41,913 nt of DNA from Chiloscyllium plagiosum (GCF_004010195.1 NC_057756.1:6132554-6174466); one strand, 5' to 3'. Numbered from the stretch's first letter, positions 11,324 to 23,477 are shown. Program-made: numbers and translations. Notes: a model not told the origin generated them from the letters alone.

Positions 11324-12530
11324 GATGTGAGATTTTGAGAAGCTGGTGCAACATTGACTGCTCAAGATTGAAGAAAATGCCAAATAAAGACCTAGGGTCC
11401 AGAGGCATCCCAATCCCATGAACAAAGATAAAATTAAATAACATTATAACAAAAGAGAAATAAGAAATTGCATTTGTTCAGCAAGTGTATAGTCTGAGAA
11501 CTATGTGCTCAGTGAACCTAATGACAGATATATCTACAAGATACGCAAGATACAAAACAGGGATATATGTCATGTTGGGACCATCATTGGTTTTCTTCAT
11601 TTTGGAGCTGTGAGCTGTGGTTGAACATTGAATTTGGAACTTTGATCGGCTGTTTTCTCCTGTTTCATTTCTGTTTGCATTTGGGAAAGGCCTGGAAAGA
11701 TAACTGCAGGTTAATTATTGTTCGAAGAATGCTGCAGACATTTCAGCGCTGGGATGTGCTATGCTCAAGGATTGGCAGCTGATATTGGTCAATCAAGGGG
11801 AATTTAGTGCTGGCCAGACAATCACAGGGAACTTTGGAAAAGGGAAATCATCAATTCAACTGTTTGTGGCTGGGTTTTCTTTGTGACAGAAGGCTACATT
11901 CTGGGAAGTTGTGTGTTATATTATTGCTAACTTGATATTCAGTTAATAAATTGTTGAATGTTTGGATAAAAGATCCCAGTTTATAAGAAAACGAATGATC
12001 CTTGAACCCAGTTGGAAGCTGTTTGCAGGACTGGAAACCTCAAAATTCAACCATATCCAATCCCATGTGCCAATGATACAACACATTATTTAAAGATTTA
12101 GTAAAAAAAAAGTACTCATTGTTATCACAGTTATCAAACTGGTGAGTTTACTTCCTTTCAATTTATCCCTTTCATTGTTTCTGTCTGACTGTGTGTGTGG
12201 TGGATATGATCAAAGAAGACTGAGTTAAAATCATTGACGTGAATTCGATTACCTTGTTGTATAGCTTGACTCTGTTAAATGTACGGCATTAATAATAAAT
12301 TGTTCATTTCTGTTTAAGTTATAAATTTGGAGTTGGATATCTCTTCTTCTTAAAATTTGGTTCGGAACAGTAAGTCAATTTTGAGGTTCATTGATTATGT
12401 TAATTTCACTACCTTGTGAATCCAGTGATAGCTAACTTCGCTTGCTGTCTTTGTGACCTTTCCAAGGTTAATTGCACTGTCACGTTATTGGCTGGAACAG
12501 TCACTGAACAGGAATTAAATTTTGAAATCT

Positions 12531-12600
12531 CAGGTGACGGGAGAGGTTGAGATGGAGAATTCTCAACTGGTCATTGAGCCATAGAGTCTTACAGCATGAG
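12531..12600 (-). repeat. 70-bp inverted copy of the 13173-13227 region flanked by a 22-bp direct duplication
   Basis: caggaattaaattttgaaatct at 12509-12530 and 12601-12622. The insert's reverse complement matches atgaccagttgag.attctccatctcaacctctc.cgtcacctg. Confidence 0.85.
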
Positions 12601-12804
12601 CAGGAATTAAATTTTGAAATCTGTCCATGATGTATACAACCCTGAGTCTGGCCTTCCTTGCTGCATTGCCATTGTGAACACTTGCCCAAGCCTTCTTCTG
12701 TGCTTGGTGATCACAAACAAGTTCAGGTCTTGCTGCAAATCAGCCCGTTCCCATACCAGGGCAAGGTCATTGCCAGTCAAAACAGGCTGCTTATACACTA
12801 AGCC

Positions 12805-13025
12805 TGTTTTTCACATTGAAATAACTCCACAGAGGCCAGTAGCCCAACAGCAAGTCACCCTTTAGTTAGAATTGTATTATACTAACACGGGTCTGGCTTC
12901 CTCAGAGCCAGCTCTCAGAGTGAGCAGAACCTCTAACACTCCTGTTCCTATCTGTCAGCCAGGGCTCCCTGATTGGGCCAGGTTAACAGCTGGTCCACCT
13001 GGCTGACATAATCACAATGACTACA
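12805..13025. mobile_element. possible degraded solo LTR
   Basis: TG...CA-bounded segment (tgttttt...actaca) resembling shark gypsy-type LTRs. No TSD seen. Confidence 0.3.
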
Positions 13026-13320
13026 GGTACAATTACAACATTTATAGGACATTTGAACAGGTACATGGATGGGAAAGGTTTGGCGGGATATGGGCCAAAT
13101 GCAGGCAAATGGGACGACTTCATTTTATAAAACCTGGTTAGCATGGGCAAGATGGGCCAAAGGGCCTGTTTCCATGCTGTATGACCAGTTGAGGATTCTC
13201 CATCTCAACCTCTCGCGTCACCTGAGGTGTGGTGACCCTGGGGTTAAAGCACCACCAGTCATCTCTCCCTAATGAGAGAGCAGCCTAATGATCTGGTAAT
13301 GCTATGGTCACTTTGTCCTT
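13026..13320 (+). mobile_element. CR1 3' tail (to ~13183) abutting the 3' part of another interspersed repeat
   Basis: acaattacaacattta..ggacattt..gggccaaagggcctgtttccatgctgtatga. Confidence 0.65.
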
Positions 13321-13539
13321 CAGCGTTTCTTGACAGTTTATGTTTTCCTGGAAGGGGACGAACCAACTCAGTGATAATCAAACTAAATTTGTTCACAATA
13401 ATAGAAGTTTACAGAAAACCTTTCTTAATGTCTACCCAAATCCCACCAGTTGAATGATTTCTTGAAAAGTATCATTGTTCACAAGATTTTTTTTCTATTT
13501 GGAAGCATTCCCCGTTCAGAGTTAGATCTTTAGGATATG

Positions 13540-14150
13540 AAATTATATAATTTTATTTTGGCCATGTCTGCAGTATTGTGTGCAGTTCTGGTCCCCCCAC
13601 TGTAGGAAGGAAGTGGAGGTTTTGGAGGGGTTACAAAAGAGGTTTACTGAGATGGTGCCTGGATTGGAGTGTGTTAACTATTTGCAGAAGCCCAAAACCA
13701 TGGATAGGTGCAAACCTATTCATTTAAATGGGAGATGTACCTTCCCAGCAGCCTCCTGGTCCCTGGTTCTGGGAAGTTTCCTATAATATGTATGGGCCAC
13801 GGAAATTCATGGTGACTGAAACCACGGTAACGGGACTCGCAGATGCAGGGTCTCCCTGTCTATAAAATATTAGGCACATATAAGGTAGATACTTGGAGTC
13901 TTTTCCCCCAGGGTGAAAATGTCAAATATTCGGAGGTTATAGGTTTAAGGTGAGAGGGAGAAGATTTTAAGATTTTAAGAATTTGTGCAAGGCATATTTT
14001 TTATATAGAGAGTAGTAGGTTCCCAGAACGCGCTGCCAGGGGAGAGGTTGAAGCAGATGCGATAGCAATATTTATAAGACAGTTAGACAGCTGCATGAAC
14101 AGGGAGAGAATAGAGGGGCATGGATCACGTGTAGGCAGATGGGATTAGTG
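13540..14150 (+). mobile_element. decayed CR1 3' fragment with an internal unrelated segment (~13685-13855)
   Basis: YCVQFWSPHCRKEVEVLEGLQKRFT at ~13573-13650; CR1 3' motifs resume at ~13860. Confidence 0.7.
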
Positions 14151-14160
14151 TAACATAGCA

Positions 14161-15610
14161 CAGAACGTAGAACATTACAGCGCAGTACAAGCCCTTCATC
14201 CCTCGATGTTGCGCCGACTTGTGAAACCAATCTGAAACCCATCTAACCTCCACTATTCCATTCTCATCCATATGTCTATCCAATGACCATTTAGATGCCC
14301 TAAAAGTTGGCAAATCTACTACTGTTGCAGATAGGGCGTTCTACACCCCTACGACACCCTGAGTAAAGAAACTCCCTCTGACATCTGTCCTATATCTATC
14401 ACCCCGCAATTTAAAGCCATGCCCCCTCGTGCTAGCCATCACCATCTGAGGAAAAAGGCTCTCACTGTCCACCCTATCTAACCCTCTGATTATCTTATAT
14501 GTCTCAATTAAGTCCCTCTCAACCTTCCCTCTAAAGAGAATAGCTTCAAGTGCCTCAGCCTTTCCTCATAAGACCTTCCCTCCAGACCAGGCAACATCCT
14601 GGTAAATCTCCTCTGAACCCTTTACTGGGCTTCCACATCCTTCTTATAATGCAATGACCAGAACTGTACGCTATACTCCAAGTGTGACCACACCAGAGTT
14701 TTGTACAGCTGCAACATGACCTCATGGCTCCAAAATACAATCCCTCTACCAATAAAAACTAGCACACTGTATGCCTTCTTAACAATCCTACCAACCTGGG
14801 TGGAAACCTTCAAGGATCTATGTACCTGGACACTGAGATCTCTTTGCTGATCTACACCACCAAGAATCTTACCATAAGCCCAGTACTCTGCATTCCTGTT
14901 GATCCTTCCAAAGTGAATCACCTCACACTTTTCCGCATCAAACTCTACATGCACCCTCTCAGCCCAGTTCTGCAGCTTATCTATGTCCCTCTGTAATCTA
15001 CAACATCCTTCAGCACTATCCACAACTCCACTGATCCTAGTGTCATCCACACATTTACTAACCCATCCTTCTACACCCTCATCCAGGCCATTTATAAAAA
15101 TGACAAACAACAGTGACCCCAAAGCAGATCCTTGCAGTACACAACTAGTAACTGAACTCCAGGATGAATATTTCCCATCAATCACCACCCTCTGTCTTCT
15201 TTCAGCTAGCCAATTTCTGATCCAAACATCTAATTCACCCTCAATCCCTTGCCTCCACATTTTGTGCAATAGCCTACCATGGGGAACCTTATTGAACGCC
15301 TTACTGAAATCCATATACAACACATCAACCGCTTTACCCCCATCCACCTGTTTGGTCACCTTCTCAAAAAACTCAATAAGGTTTGTGAGGCATGACCTAC
15401 TCTTCACAAAACCATGTTGAGTATTCCTAATCACATTTTCCTGTCGAGATTATTATAAATCCTATCTCTTACAACAATTTCCAACATTTTACCCACAACT
15501 GAAGTAAGGCTCACAGGTCTATAATTTCCTGCATTGTCTCTAGTCCCCTCCTTGAACAAGGGAATAGCATTTGCTGTCCTCCAGTCTTCTGACACTATTC
15601 CTATAGACAT
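14161..15610 (-). mobile_element. CR1 LINE RT to 3' tail
   Basis: ORF 14622-15434: QHGFVKSRSCLTNL..YMDFSKAFNKVPH..QGSALGSLLF..CVDDT; also NYRPVSLTSVVGK. Confidence 0.93.
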
Positions 15611-15712
15611 GGTCAGACACAGACATGGTGGCTGCGGGGGCTGTCCCTGTACTGTTCTACACTCTATGAAAGTGCCCATACTTGCATCAGTTTGCCTCGA
15701 TGGAGCAAAGCT

Positions 15713-15905
15713 AAAAATCACACAACACTAGGCTTTGTGGAAGCACCAACTTTAGGTTCAGTTGGAAGCACCAGCTTTAGGTTCAGTGCTCTTTCATCAG
15801 GAACCACATGAAGGTGCAGCACACGAAACGTAAGTGCTTCCAAGTGAAGCTGTTGGACTATAACCTGGTGTTGTGTGACGTTTAGCTTTGTCTACCCCAG
15901 TCCAA
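15713..15905. mobile_element. degenerate palindromic Penelope-derived repeat (same family as 36094-36294)
   Basis: aaaaatcacacaacac...ctgttggactataacctggtgttgtgtga..ctttgtctaccccagtccaa. Confidence 0.75.
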
Positions 15906-16108
15906 AACTGGCTCCTCCACATTATGTGCTCCCATCCATAGGGCAGCATAGAGATAGGAGCAGTTTTCCAATTTGCAGTGGTCAATTGCAAACTAGTAGC
16001 AAGCAAACATTTTTTGCTGCTAGATTTTGGCTACATCAGAACAGAAGAGTTGTCAATCACATTTTCTTTAAAATCAGTATTGTACCATTAAAAGATCCAA
16101 CAAATTAG

Positions 16109-16362
16109 ATTAGATTACATTACAGTGTGGAAACAGGCCCTTCGGCCCAACAAGTCCACACCAACCCGCCGAAGCGTAACTCACCCATACCCCTACATTT
16201 ACCCCTTACCTAACACTACGGGCAATTTAGCATGGCCAATTCACCTGACCTGCACATCTCCTGCACACCCGGAGGAAACCCACGCAGACACAGGGAGAAC
16301 GTGCAAACTCCACACAGTCAGTCGCCTGAACAGTGCTAACCACTGTGCCACCATGCCGCCCT
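16109..16362 (-). mobile_element. HE1/V-SINE with internal deletions
   Basis: Very similar to 32878-33198. TSD aaattag at 16102-16108 and 16363-16369. Confidence 0.9.
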
Positions 16363-16759
16363 AAATTAGCTGCAGATCAACTGGAACTTCATAGACTTGT
16401 TGGATTAAAGACTTGTTCTCTGAATGAATGCAGTGACTATGAAGATGTGGTGTGTGAGATTTAGACCCCAGCTCTCCTTTGTTTCAGGGAGGGACTGAAG
16501 ATTAGCAACAACTGAGTCAGGCCTCATCGAAGCAAGCACATCCAGTAGAAATATCTGACAAATACGTGTTTCTACAAATAACAGATTCAACACATTTTTA
16601 TTTCACTCCTGGCTCGGAAAAGCTGCATTAGCAACTTTTTTAGTGCTTGTAAACTCCAAGTAAGTTGAAGAAATGATGCATATGAATATATATAGAGAGA
16701 GATAGAGACAAAGAAAGAAAGAGAGAGAGAGAAAGAAAGAGAGAAAGAAAATTTGAAGG

Positions 16760-16925
16760 TGGCAGATAAGGGACATTGTTTATTAAGATTAGAAAACCAC
16801 TGACTGGTCACAACCGAAACCGTACTGTCTAATGATTGAGTACGGCTCCTCTGTTTGACCACAGCCACAGGCAGGAAGTAAAACCGAACTCCTGTCAGAC
16901 CTTGTGATCACAGAAAGTGAAACCG
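16760..16925. promoter_or_regulatory. candidate immune enhancer/promoter (ISRE/IRF, ETS, RUNX, GATA motif cluster)
   Basis: AGATAA 16764-69, ACCGAAAC ~16813-20, GACCACA 16857-63, CAGGAAGT 16872-79 and AGAAAGTGAAACC 16912-24, all in non-repeat DNA. Confidence 0.35.
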
Positions 16926-17149
16926 GTGCCCACGGACTTCATCCCTCCTCACTCCTTAAACCTTCTGTGTGAAATAGCAATGTCCCTGCACTTCACTCAA
17001 ACTATGTTCGCTGCTCACAGTCAGGTCTTCTCCAAACTGGAGAGACAAAACACAGACTCCGTGATCACTTTGCAAAACACCTATATTCTGTCTGTAAAAA
17101 TGACCCTGAGCATCCAGTTGTGTGCCCCTTCAACACCCCACTGTGCCTC

Positions 17150-17920
17150 CCCTCCCCCTACCCAATATTTCTGACTTGGGGTCTTGCTGCTGTGCTCCAG
17201 TGAAGCTCAGAGCAAGCTGGAAGAGCAGCATCTCATCTCCTGCCTGGGAACCTTGCAGCCTTCAGGACTCAATATCGGATTCACTCATTTCAGACCCGGA
17301 TAAATCTCCTTCCATGTCCCTTATCCAGCCCCTATAGCCCACACCCTGTAATGACCGGGGTTGCTTTCAGGAGAAAGTGAGGTCTGCAGATGCTGGAGAT
17401 CAGAGATGGAAATGTGTTGCTGGAAAAGCGCAGCAGGTCAGGCAGCATCTAGGGAACAGGAGAATCGACGTTTCGGGCATTAGCCCTTCTTCAGAAAGGG
17501 GTTGCTTTCAGTACAACTGACCCATTCTCACCTACTCATTGTCCTCACTATCAGCTTTCCTCCTTTCATAGGCCGACTATTTATTATTCCTTTGTCTTCA
17601 AACTTGCGTTCTCTCTCTTTGGACTCTATCTCAGCCTTTCTGCTCACTCGTTGCCCTCCCACTCACTATCCTTAAGCACATAGACCACCTTTTCCTCACT
17701 GCTATCAGTCCTGATGAAGGGTCACTGAATTTGAAATACAAATTCTCTTTCTCTCTCACTCTCCACAGATGCTGCCAGACCTGCTGAGTTTCTCCAGCAC
17801 TTTCTGCGTTTTTAACCTACAACCTTAACTCTTTCTCTCACTCTCTCCGCAGATGTTGTCAGACCTGCTGAGTTTCTCCAGTAATTTCTGTTTTTATTTC
17901 AGGTCTTTAGTATCCACAGT
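17150..17920 (+). mobile_element. old Penelope-derived element 3' end
   Basis: CSSEAQSKLEEQHLISCLGTLQPSGLNIGF (GIY-YIG C-terminus). Degenerate ctgatga..gaaa at ~17711-17737 and a duplicated cagatgctgccagacctgctgagtttctccag tail. Confidence 0.7.
17371..17497 (-). mobile_element. short Penelope-derived insertion with intact hammerhead motif (17467-17494)
   Basis: Minus strand reads CTGAAGA-a-GGGC-taat-GCCC-GAAA-C-GTC. 14-bp TSD ggggttgctttcag at 17357-17370 and 17498-17511. Confidence 0.88.
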
Positions 17921-18665
17921 TTTCACATTGATGTTGTCAGATTGTCACTTCCTGGAGTGATCAGTGTTGAGAGGTCAATTAGCCAGGCATTGGTTTCATA
18001 GTTATAACTCAAGTTTCAAACTTGTATTCCTTTTAAAGCTCCATTGTTCCATTCAGAGGATAATGGGTTATACACGTCATCCTCCCAATGACCACTCTAC
18101 GGTTGGACAGAATGCTTCTGTAGAGACCAAACTGAGGCACTCATTCATTACAGCTGTATAATTTCCATTAACAAAAACTCATCACACTAAAATGTTTCTA
18201 ATATACATTGCACACCACGCAAATTTAAATTGGCTCCTCAGGATTAGTCATTAAAACCCCATGCTCTTTCATTCCAATGAACTGGGCTTTGAAGATAAAG
18301 ACAAAAATAGCAGTGAAACCTGCACATAATTCTGAAATGGACACGAAACCCAGGAGGGATGGAATCCAGAATGAGGGATAATCATTTTCCCAAAGGAGTG
18401 TGAAACAATGGAAGCACTGATGGCTGCAACAACTCATGAAGAATGACAAAAAAGGAACCATTGTTCGTTATTGAACACGACAATAGAGCCACATGGGCTA
18501 GTCACAGCCTGGGGTGGCCAGTTCACAGACACCATCCCTGAGTCTGCTTCATAAAGAGCTCAGGTGATGCAGTCCAAATAGGCAGGCCATTACCAAGAGA
18601 ACCTCTGAGTAGATTAATTAGTGATTCACCACAGGCCTTGGAGGGATTAGCACAATAACTTTGCT

Positions 18666-18998
18666 GGAATGGCACAGTGGTTAGCATTGCTACCTCACAG
18701 CCAAGGGGCTTGAGCTCTATTCCAGCCTCGGGTGATTCTGTGTGGAGTTTGCGCATTCTCCCTGTGTTTGTATGGGTTTTCTCTGGGTTCTCTGGCTTCC
18801 TCCCACAGTCCAAGATGTGAAGGCTAGGTGAATTGGCCATGCTAAATTGTTTAGGAATGTATAGGTTAGGCACATTAGTCAGGGGTAAATGTCGAGGTCA
18901 TAGGTTAAGGGAATGGGTCTGGATGGATTACTCTTCGGAAGGACGGTGTGGACTTGTTGGCTGAAGCGCCGGTGTCCACACTGTAGGGATTCTATGAA
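18666..18998 (+). mobile_element. HE1/V-SINE
   Basis: tggcacagtggttagcattgctacctcacagc..tgtgtggagtttgcgcattctccc..gattctatga. Confidence 0.88.
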
Positions 18999-19004
18999 TA
19001 GTCT

Positions 19005-19290
19005 AATGCCACTATCGCTAGATTATTAATCCAGAGAACTATTGTTTCGAGGGCTGGAGTTTGAATCCTGACTATGGCTAATGGTAGAATCTGAATTCAA
19101 TTGAAAGCATGTAAAATTAAAAGTCTAATGAAGCTGCTGTCAATTTTGTTGGGTGGGGGGGGGGGTGCAAAAACAAATCATCTGGTTGAGTTTCACCCTA
19201 TCAGGTCGGAAATCTGTTATGCTTACCTCCTCTGGCCTACATATTCCCCAGGATATACAATGCTTGTAGATTTTTTACTCAACCTGTTCA
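19005..19290 (+). mobile_element. degraded tRNA-derived SINE (family of 6691-7037)
   Basis: gctagattattaatccagaga..gtttgaatcc..atggtagaatctgaattcaat..ctggcctaca. Confidence 0.6.
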
Positions 19291-19307
19291 GAGATTGCAC
19301 ACCTTGT

Positions 19308-19447
19308 AATTTTTGAGAAGACTTGAAGCTCAGGTTGAGGTTCAGGTTGTAAGTTTGCTCGCTGAGCTGGAGGGTTTGTTTGCAGATATTTCGTCACCCC
19401 GCTGGGTAACATCATCAGTGAGCCTCCGGTAAAGTGCTGGTGTTCTG
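19308..19447 (-). mobile_element. Penelope terminal fragment (related subfamily) with hammerhead motif 19385-19418
   Basis: Similar to 11195-11323. Minus strand reads CTGATGA-tgttacccagcggggtgac-GAAA-tATC. Confidence 0.75.
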
Positions 19448-19694
19448 CCGGATAACAGTTTCCAATTAGTTTCCAATCTACTCAAACACTAGCAAGTACA
19501 TGAACAAAATTAGTCCATTGCTCATTCAGAACTTCAGACACAGTTTGTCACAATTACACTTGTGTATGTACAACATTCAAAAATCTACTACTCCCCAGGG
19601 TCTGGTTCCCTAAGGACAAAAAGGAAATTTTTGTCACATACTGTGTCTTTCACAACTGAACAAAATGGGTTGGACTAATTTGGTAATTCATAAA

Positions 19695-19970
19695 CCAGTA
19701 GAAATAGGAATACAGTAGTAGGCCATTCAGCCCCTTGTACCTGCTCTACTATTCAATAGGATCCTCACATCCATTTTCCTGTCCTTTCCCTTGGTTACCC
19801 CACTGATCAAGAATCTATCGATGGCAGCTTTCAATATACACAAGGACTCTGACCTCACACAGCCCTCTGTGGTAAGGAGTTCCAAAGACTCACAACTCTC
19901 TGAGAAAAGAGATTCCTCTTCATCCCAGTCTTCAATTGGCACCCCTTTATTCTAAGATTGTAATCTCTGA
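19695..19970 (-). mobile_element. CR1 3' fragment
   Basis: agtaggccattcagcccct..cctgctct..attcaata and a reversed FSQRVVSLWNSLP motif. Confidence 0.7.
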
Positions 19971-20257
19971 GTTTTACCAGGGCCATACCCTGACCAATAG
20001 GTGTGGTGTAAAACTGAAACAATACCTGTCCCAAGCAGCATGAATGGCTGCATTCTCAATTGCAACCCCCCTGTAAGTCACAATCCACTTACTAAGCAAT
20101 CAACCCTTTCCTCTCATGCAGGGTAAGTATTGTTCCTCTTCACAATTGTCCTCAAGAGTGTATCTTCAAGGATGTGCAATATTTATTCTTGAAACACTGT
20201 GAGACATTTTCGCTCATGGAAACTCGAGATGTTAATACCAGGATTAATTTTACAAAG

Positions 20258-21010
20258 AGAAACCATAGAAACACAGAGATAGGAGCAAGAGTAGGCCATT
20301 CTGCCCCTTGAGCCTGCTCCACCATTCAATATAATTGAGCTCAATAGTCTCATCCTGCACCCCTCCTCCCCCATATCTCTTGTTCTCTTTAGCCACAAGA
20401 ACTATATCTACCGCCGTTTGGAAACGCGAAATGCTTTGGCCTCAGGTAGTGAATCCCATAGGCTGACCACTCTCTGAAAGAAATTTCTCTTTATCTCAGT
20501 CCAAAAAGGTTTATCCTTTATCCTTTAACAATGATCCCCATTTCTGTACTCCCTGGTCATTGTGAACATCTTTCCTGCATCTAGCCTGTCTAGTCCTGTC
20601 AGAATTTTATAGCTTTCTGTGAAATCCTCCCCCCACTTCTCATTTGTCAAAACTCCAGTTATTTTATAATCCAAAATGACTCAATCTCTCCTCGTACGTC
20701 AGCCCTGACATTCCAGTCCAAACAATCTGGAAAATCTTTGGAACATTGTCTCTGTTGCAGGAACATCCTTCCTCAAGTAAGGAGACCACGACTATACTCA
20801 ATCTTTCATGTGTGGACTCACCAATTGCAGTAAGACATCCCTGCCCCTGTACTCTACTCCTCTCACTAGGAAGGTCAAGGTGTGACCACTGCATCTGCAA
20901 TGCACACTTTCAGCAACTTGTGACAGGGGACACCCAAGTCTGGTTTAGCATTCTCCTCTCTCAGTTCACAACCATTCAGATAATAATCCACCTTCCTATT
21001 TTTGTTGTCA
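20258..21010 (-). mobile_element. decayed CR1 3' fragment
   Basis: Reversed tail catagaaacacagagataggagcaagagtaggccattc; GMSGLTYEERLSHFGL; YYLNGCEL. Confidence 0.75.
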
Positions 21011-21049
21011 AACTGTCTTCCTGTTTTTGCTTTGAAATCTACCCAGAAC

Positions 21050-22863
21050 TTAAAAACCACCTGCTTGTGCTGGTGATGCCTCCCTCCCGGATGAGTTGAA
21101 CAGCTTCTCTGCAAGGGTTTGAGGCATGAAATGACGTGGCAGTGAGGAAGACCATCCCCCTTCCCAATGACCAGGTGCTGTGTCTTACCACGGCCAACAT
21201 GAGGAAAACCCGATGCAGAGTCACCACATGTGCTGGATCAGATAATATCCCTGGCAGAGTGCGCAGAGGATGCTCTGATGTACTGGCAGATATTCTCATG
21301 GACATCTTTAACATCTCCCTGAGTTGTGCCATAGTTCCAACGTGCTTCAAGGCCGCTGCCATTGTCCCTATGCTGAAGAAGTCTCCTGTGTCCTGCCTCA
21401 ATGGCTACCACCCTGTTGCGTTAACACTCATCATCAAGAAGTGTTTTTTGTGATGAGGCATATTAACACCCGCTGCCCCCCCCCCACCCCCCCCATCACT
21501 GGACGCACTGCAGTTCACGTATCATCCCAACCACTCAACAGATGATGCCATCTCCGTCACCCTCCATCTGGTCCTCACCCACCTGGTCAAGAAGGACACC
21601 TATGTCAGATTACTGTTCATAGACCTCAGTTCTGCAGTCAACACTATCATTCCTCAACACCTGATTGGAAAGCAGAGTCTGCTGGGCCTGAATACCTCCC
21701 TCTGTAACTGGATCCTGGACTTCTTGACTGGGAGACCACAGTCAGTCTGGATTGGGAACATTATCTCTAACACCACCATGCGGAGCACAGGAGTCCCCCA
21801 GGGCTGTGTGCTCAGTCCACTGCTGTTCACCCTGCTGACACACGACTGTGCAGCGATGCACAGCTCGAATCATATTGTTAAGTTCGCTGATGACACGACA
21901 GTAGTGGGTCTCATCAGCAGAAACAATGAGTCAGCGTACAGAGAGGACGTGCTGCGGCTAATGGACTGGTGCAGAGCCAACGGCCTGCCTCTGAATGTGG
22001 CTAAAATGAAAGAGATAGTTGTTGACTTCAGGAGGGCAGGGAGCGATCACTCTCCATTGGACATTGATGGCTCCCCTGTGGAGATCGTGAAGAGTACCAA
22101 ATTTCTTGGTGTCCACCTAGCGGAGAATCCCCTGGTCCCTCAACACAAGCTTCATAGCCAAGAAAGCCCAGCAGCATATCTACTTTCTGCACAGAATGAG
22201 GAAAGCCCACCTCCCAACCCCCACACACCCAATTCTCACCACATTTACAGAGGGTTCATTGAGAGTCCCCTCAGCTGCTGCATCACTGCCTGGTTCGGGA
22301 ATTGCACCGCCTCTTAACATAAGACTCTACAACGGATAGTGAGGATAGCTGAGAGGATCATTGGGATCTCTCTCCCCTCCATTACAAACATTGACACTAC
22401 ACGCTGCATCCGAAAGGCTAAGAGCATTGTGGACGACTCCACACACCCCTCACTCAAACTCTTCTCCCTCCTGCCATCTAGCAGAAGATACCAGAGCATT
22501 TAGTCTCTCACGGCCAGACGGTGCAACAGTTTCTTCCCCCAAGCCATCAGGCTCCTTAACACGGTATAATCACATTCTATTCCATTTGCAATTTTTTGAC
22601 GCCTTTTCGAATTGCTGCTAAAACAATGTTTTATTAATTTATTGTTACATTGTAATTTGTCCACCACTGTGCCTATTCTCTTGCCTTGACAGGAATTACT
22701 GTGCTGTCTTGTATGTTTTGCAGTTTTCTATGCACTTTATGCTGCCCTATGTATGACTGTACTCTTATTATAGCCTGTGTGTTCTGCAGCACCTTGGCCC
22801 TGGAGGAACGCTGCCTCATTTTTATTGGACGAACTGTATATTTTAGAAACAACAAATAAAGCT
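21050..22863 (+). mobile_element. Rex1/Babar-type LINE (RT region to 3' end), decayed
   Basis: [81 protein letters not shown]; ends aaataaa. Confidence 0.88.
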
Positions 22864-22971
22864 AGTCTACAACTACTGAAATCTCACTGGGGGGGGAATC
22901 TCCGTTCTCAGCACTATCGTTAACAATAAAGCCTATAAAATTTCAAAATTGACTTTTCCCTTAATGGGTAG

Positions 22972-23091
22972 GTATGTGAAGGGAAGAAGGGAAGTTATGC
23001 AAATTAAACCAGGGACCGTGGGATTGATCATGGCTGGAGTCCTGCCAAGTGTTTGCCTGGCTGGCATCTTAATCTTCCTATGTGTGCAAAA
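22972..23091 (+). CDS. transmembrane exon of an ITIM-bearing receptor (5' boundary uncertain)
   Basis: Reads ..MQIKPGTVGLIMAGVLPSVCLAGILIFLCVQ(K/N), a ~22-aa hydrophobic stretch, and ends phase 2 at caaaa|gtaatt. Confidence 0.7.
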
Positions 23092-23146
23092 GTAATTATT
23101 CATTCAATTTCACTCTGAATATTTATTTCCACTTTCTTTCCTTCAG

Positions 23147-23217
23147 AAGGTACTGTGTCCTTGGGGGTGAGGCACCAGACACTTCTCTCAGTGATCCCCA
23201 TGTCCCGGTGATCCAGG
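23147..23217 (+). other. candidate (possibly decayed or skipped) cytoplasmic exon
   Basis: Strong acceptor tttccactttctttccttcag, phase-2 entry giving KRYCVLGGEAPDTSLSDPHVPVIQ, donor cagg|gtaggc. The upstream intron would be only 55 nt and the exit phase (1) does not match the next exon. Confidence 0.4.
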
Positions 23218-23395
23218 GTAGGCCATTCATTGTGGTGTGTCCAGCTGAATAGCTATGAGTTGGTGTGATCAGGAACAGGCTGCCTGATGGGGCATGAAAG
23301 TACATTCAACAGGACCTTGCAAATACGTAGCTGCATCAGTGCTGCACTGACTCTCTGATATATAATAACCACACTGTGATATTGTGTTATTGCAG

Positions 23396-23477
23396 CAGAA
23401 AGACAGTGACTGAGGAGACAGCTTCAAAGGCCAGTGACATCGCAGTGATCTACAATCGACTCGCTGTGAAACAGCAG
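23396..23477 (+). CDS. cytoplasmic exon with ITIM VIYNRL
   Basis: Acceptor ttgtgttattgcag (NAGNAG), phase 2. RKTVTEETASKASDIAVIYNRLAVKQQ, donor cag|gtacag, phase 0. Confidence 0.72.

Noticed and set aside
11092..11420. Strong + strand acceptor (ctcttttcttcctgcag) followed by ~60 open codons once the Penelope insert is removed
   Set aside because: No recognisable protein similarity or partner exon, and it is interrupted by a TE.
11568..12460. AT-rich segment with AATAAA that might be a solo LTR
   Set aside because: No clear terminal CA or TSD, so it cannot be supported.
20040..20130. Good donor atgcagg|gtaagt as a possible leader exon of the ITIM gene
   Set aside because: No in-frame ATG with a hydrophobic signal peptide before an upstream stop.
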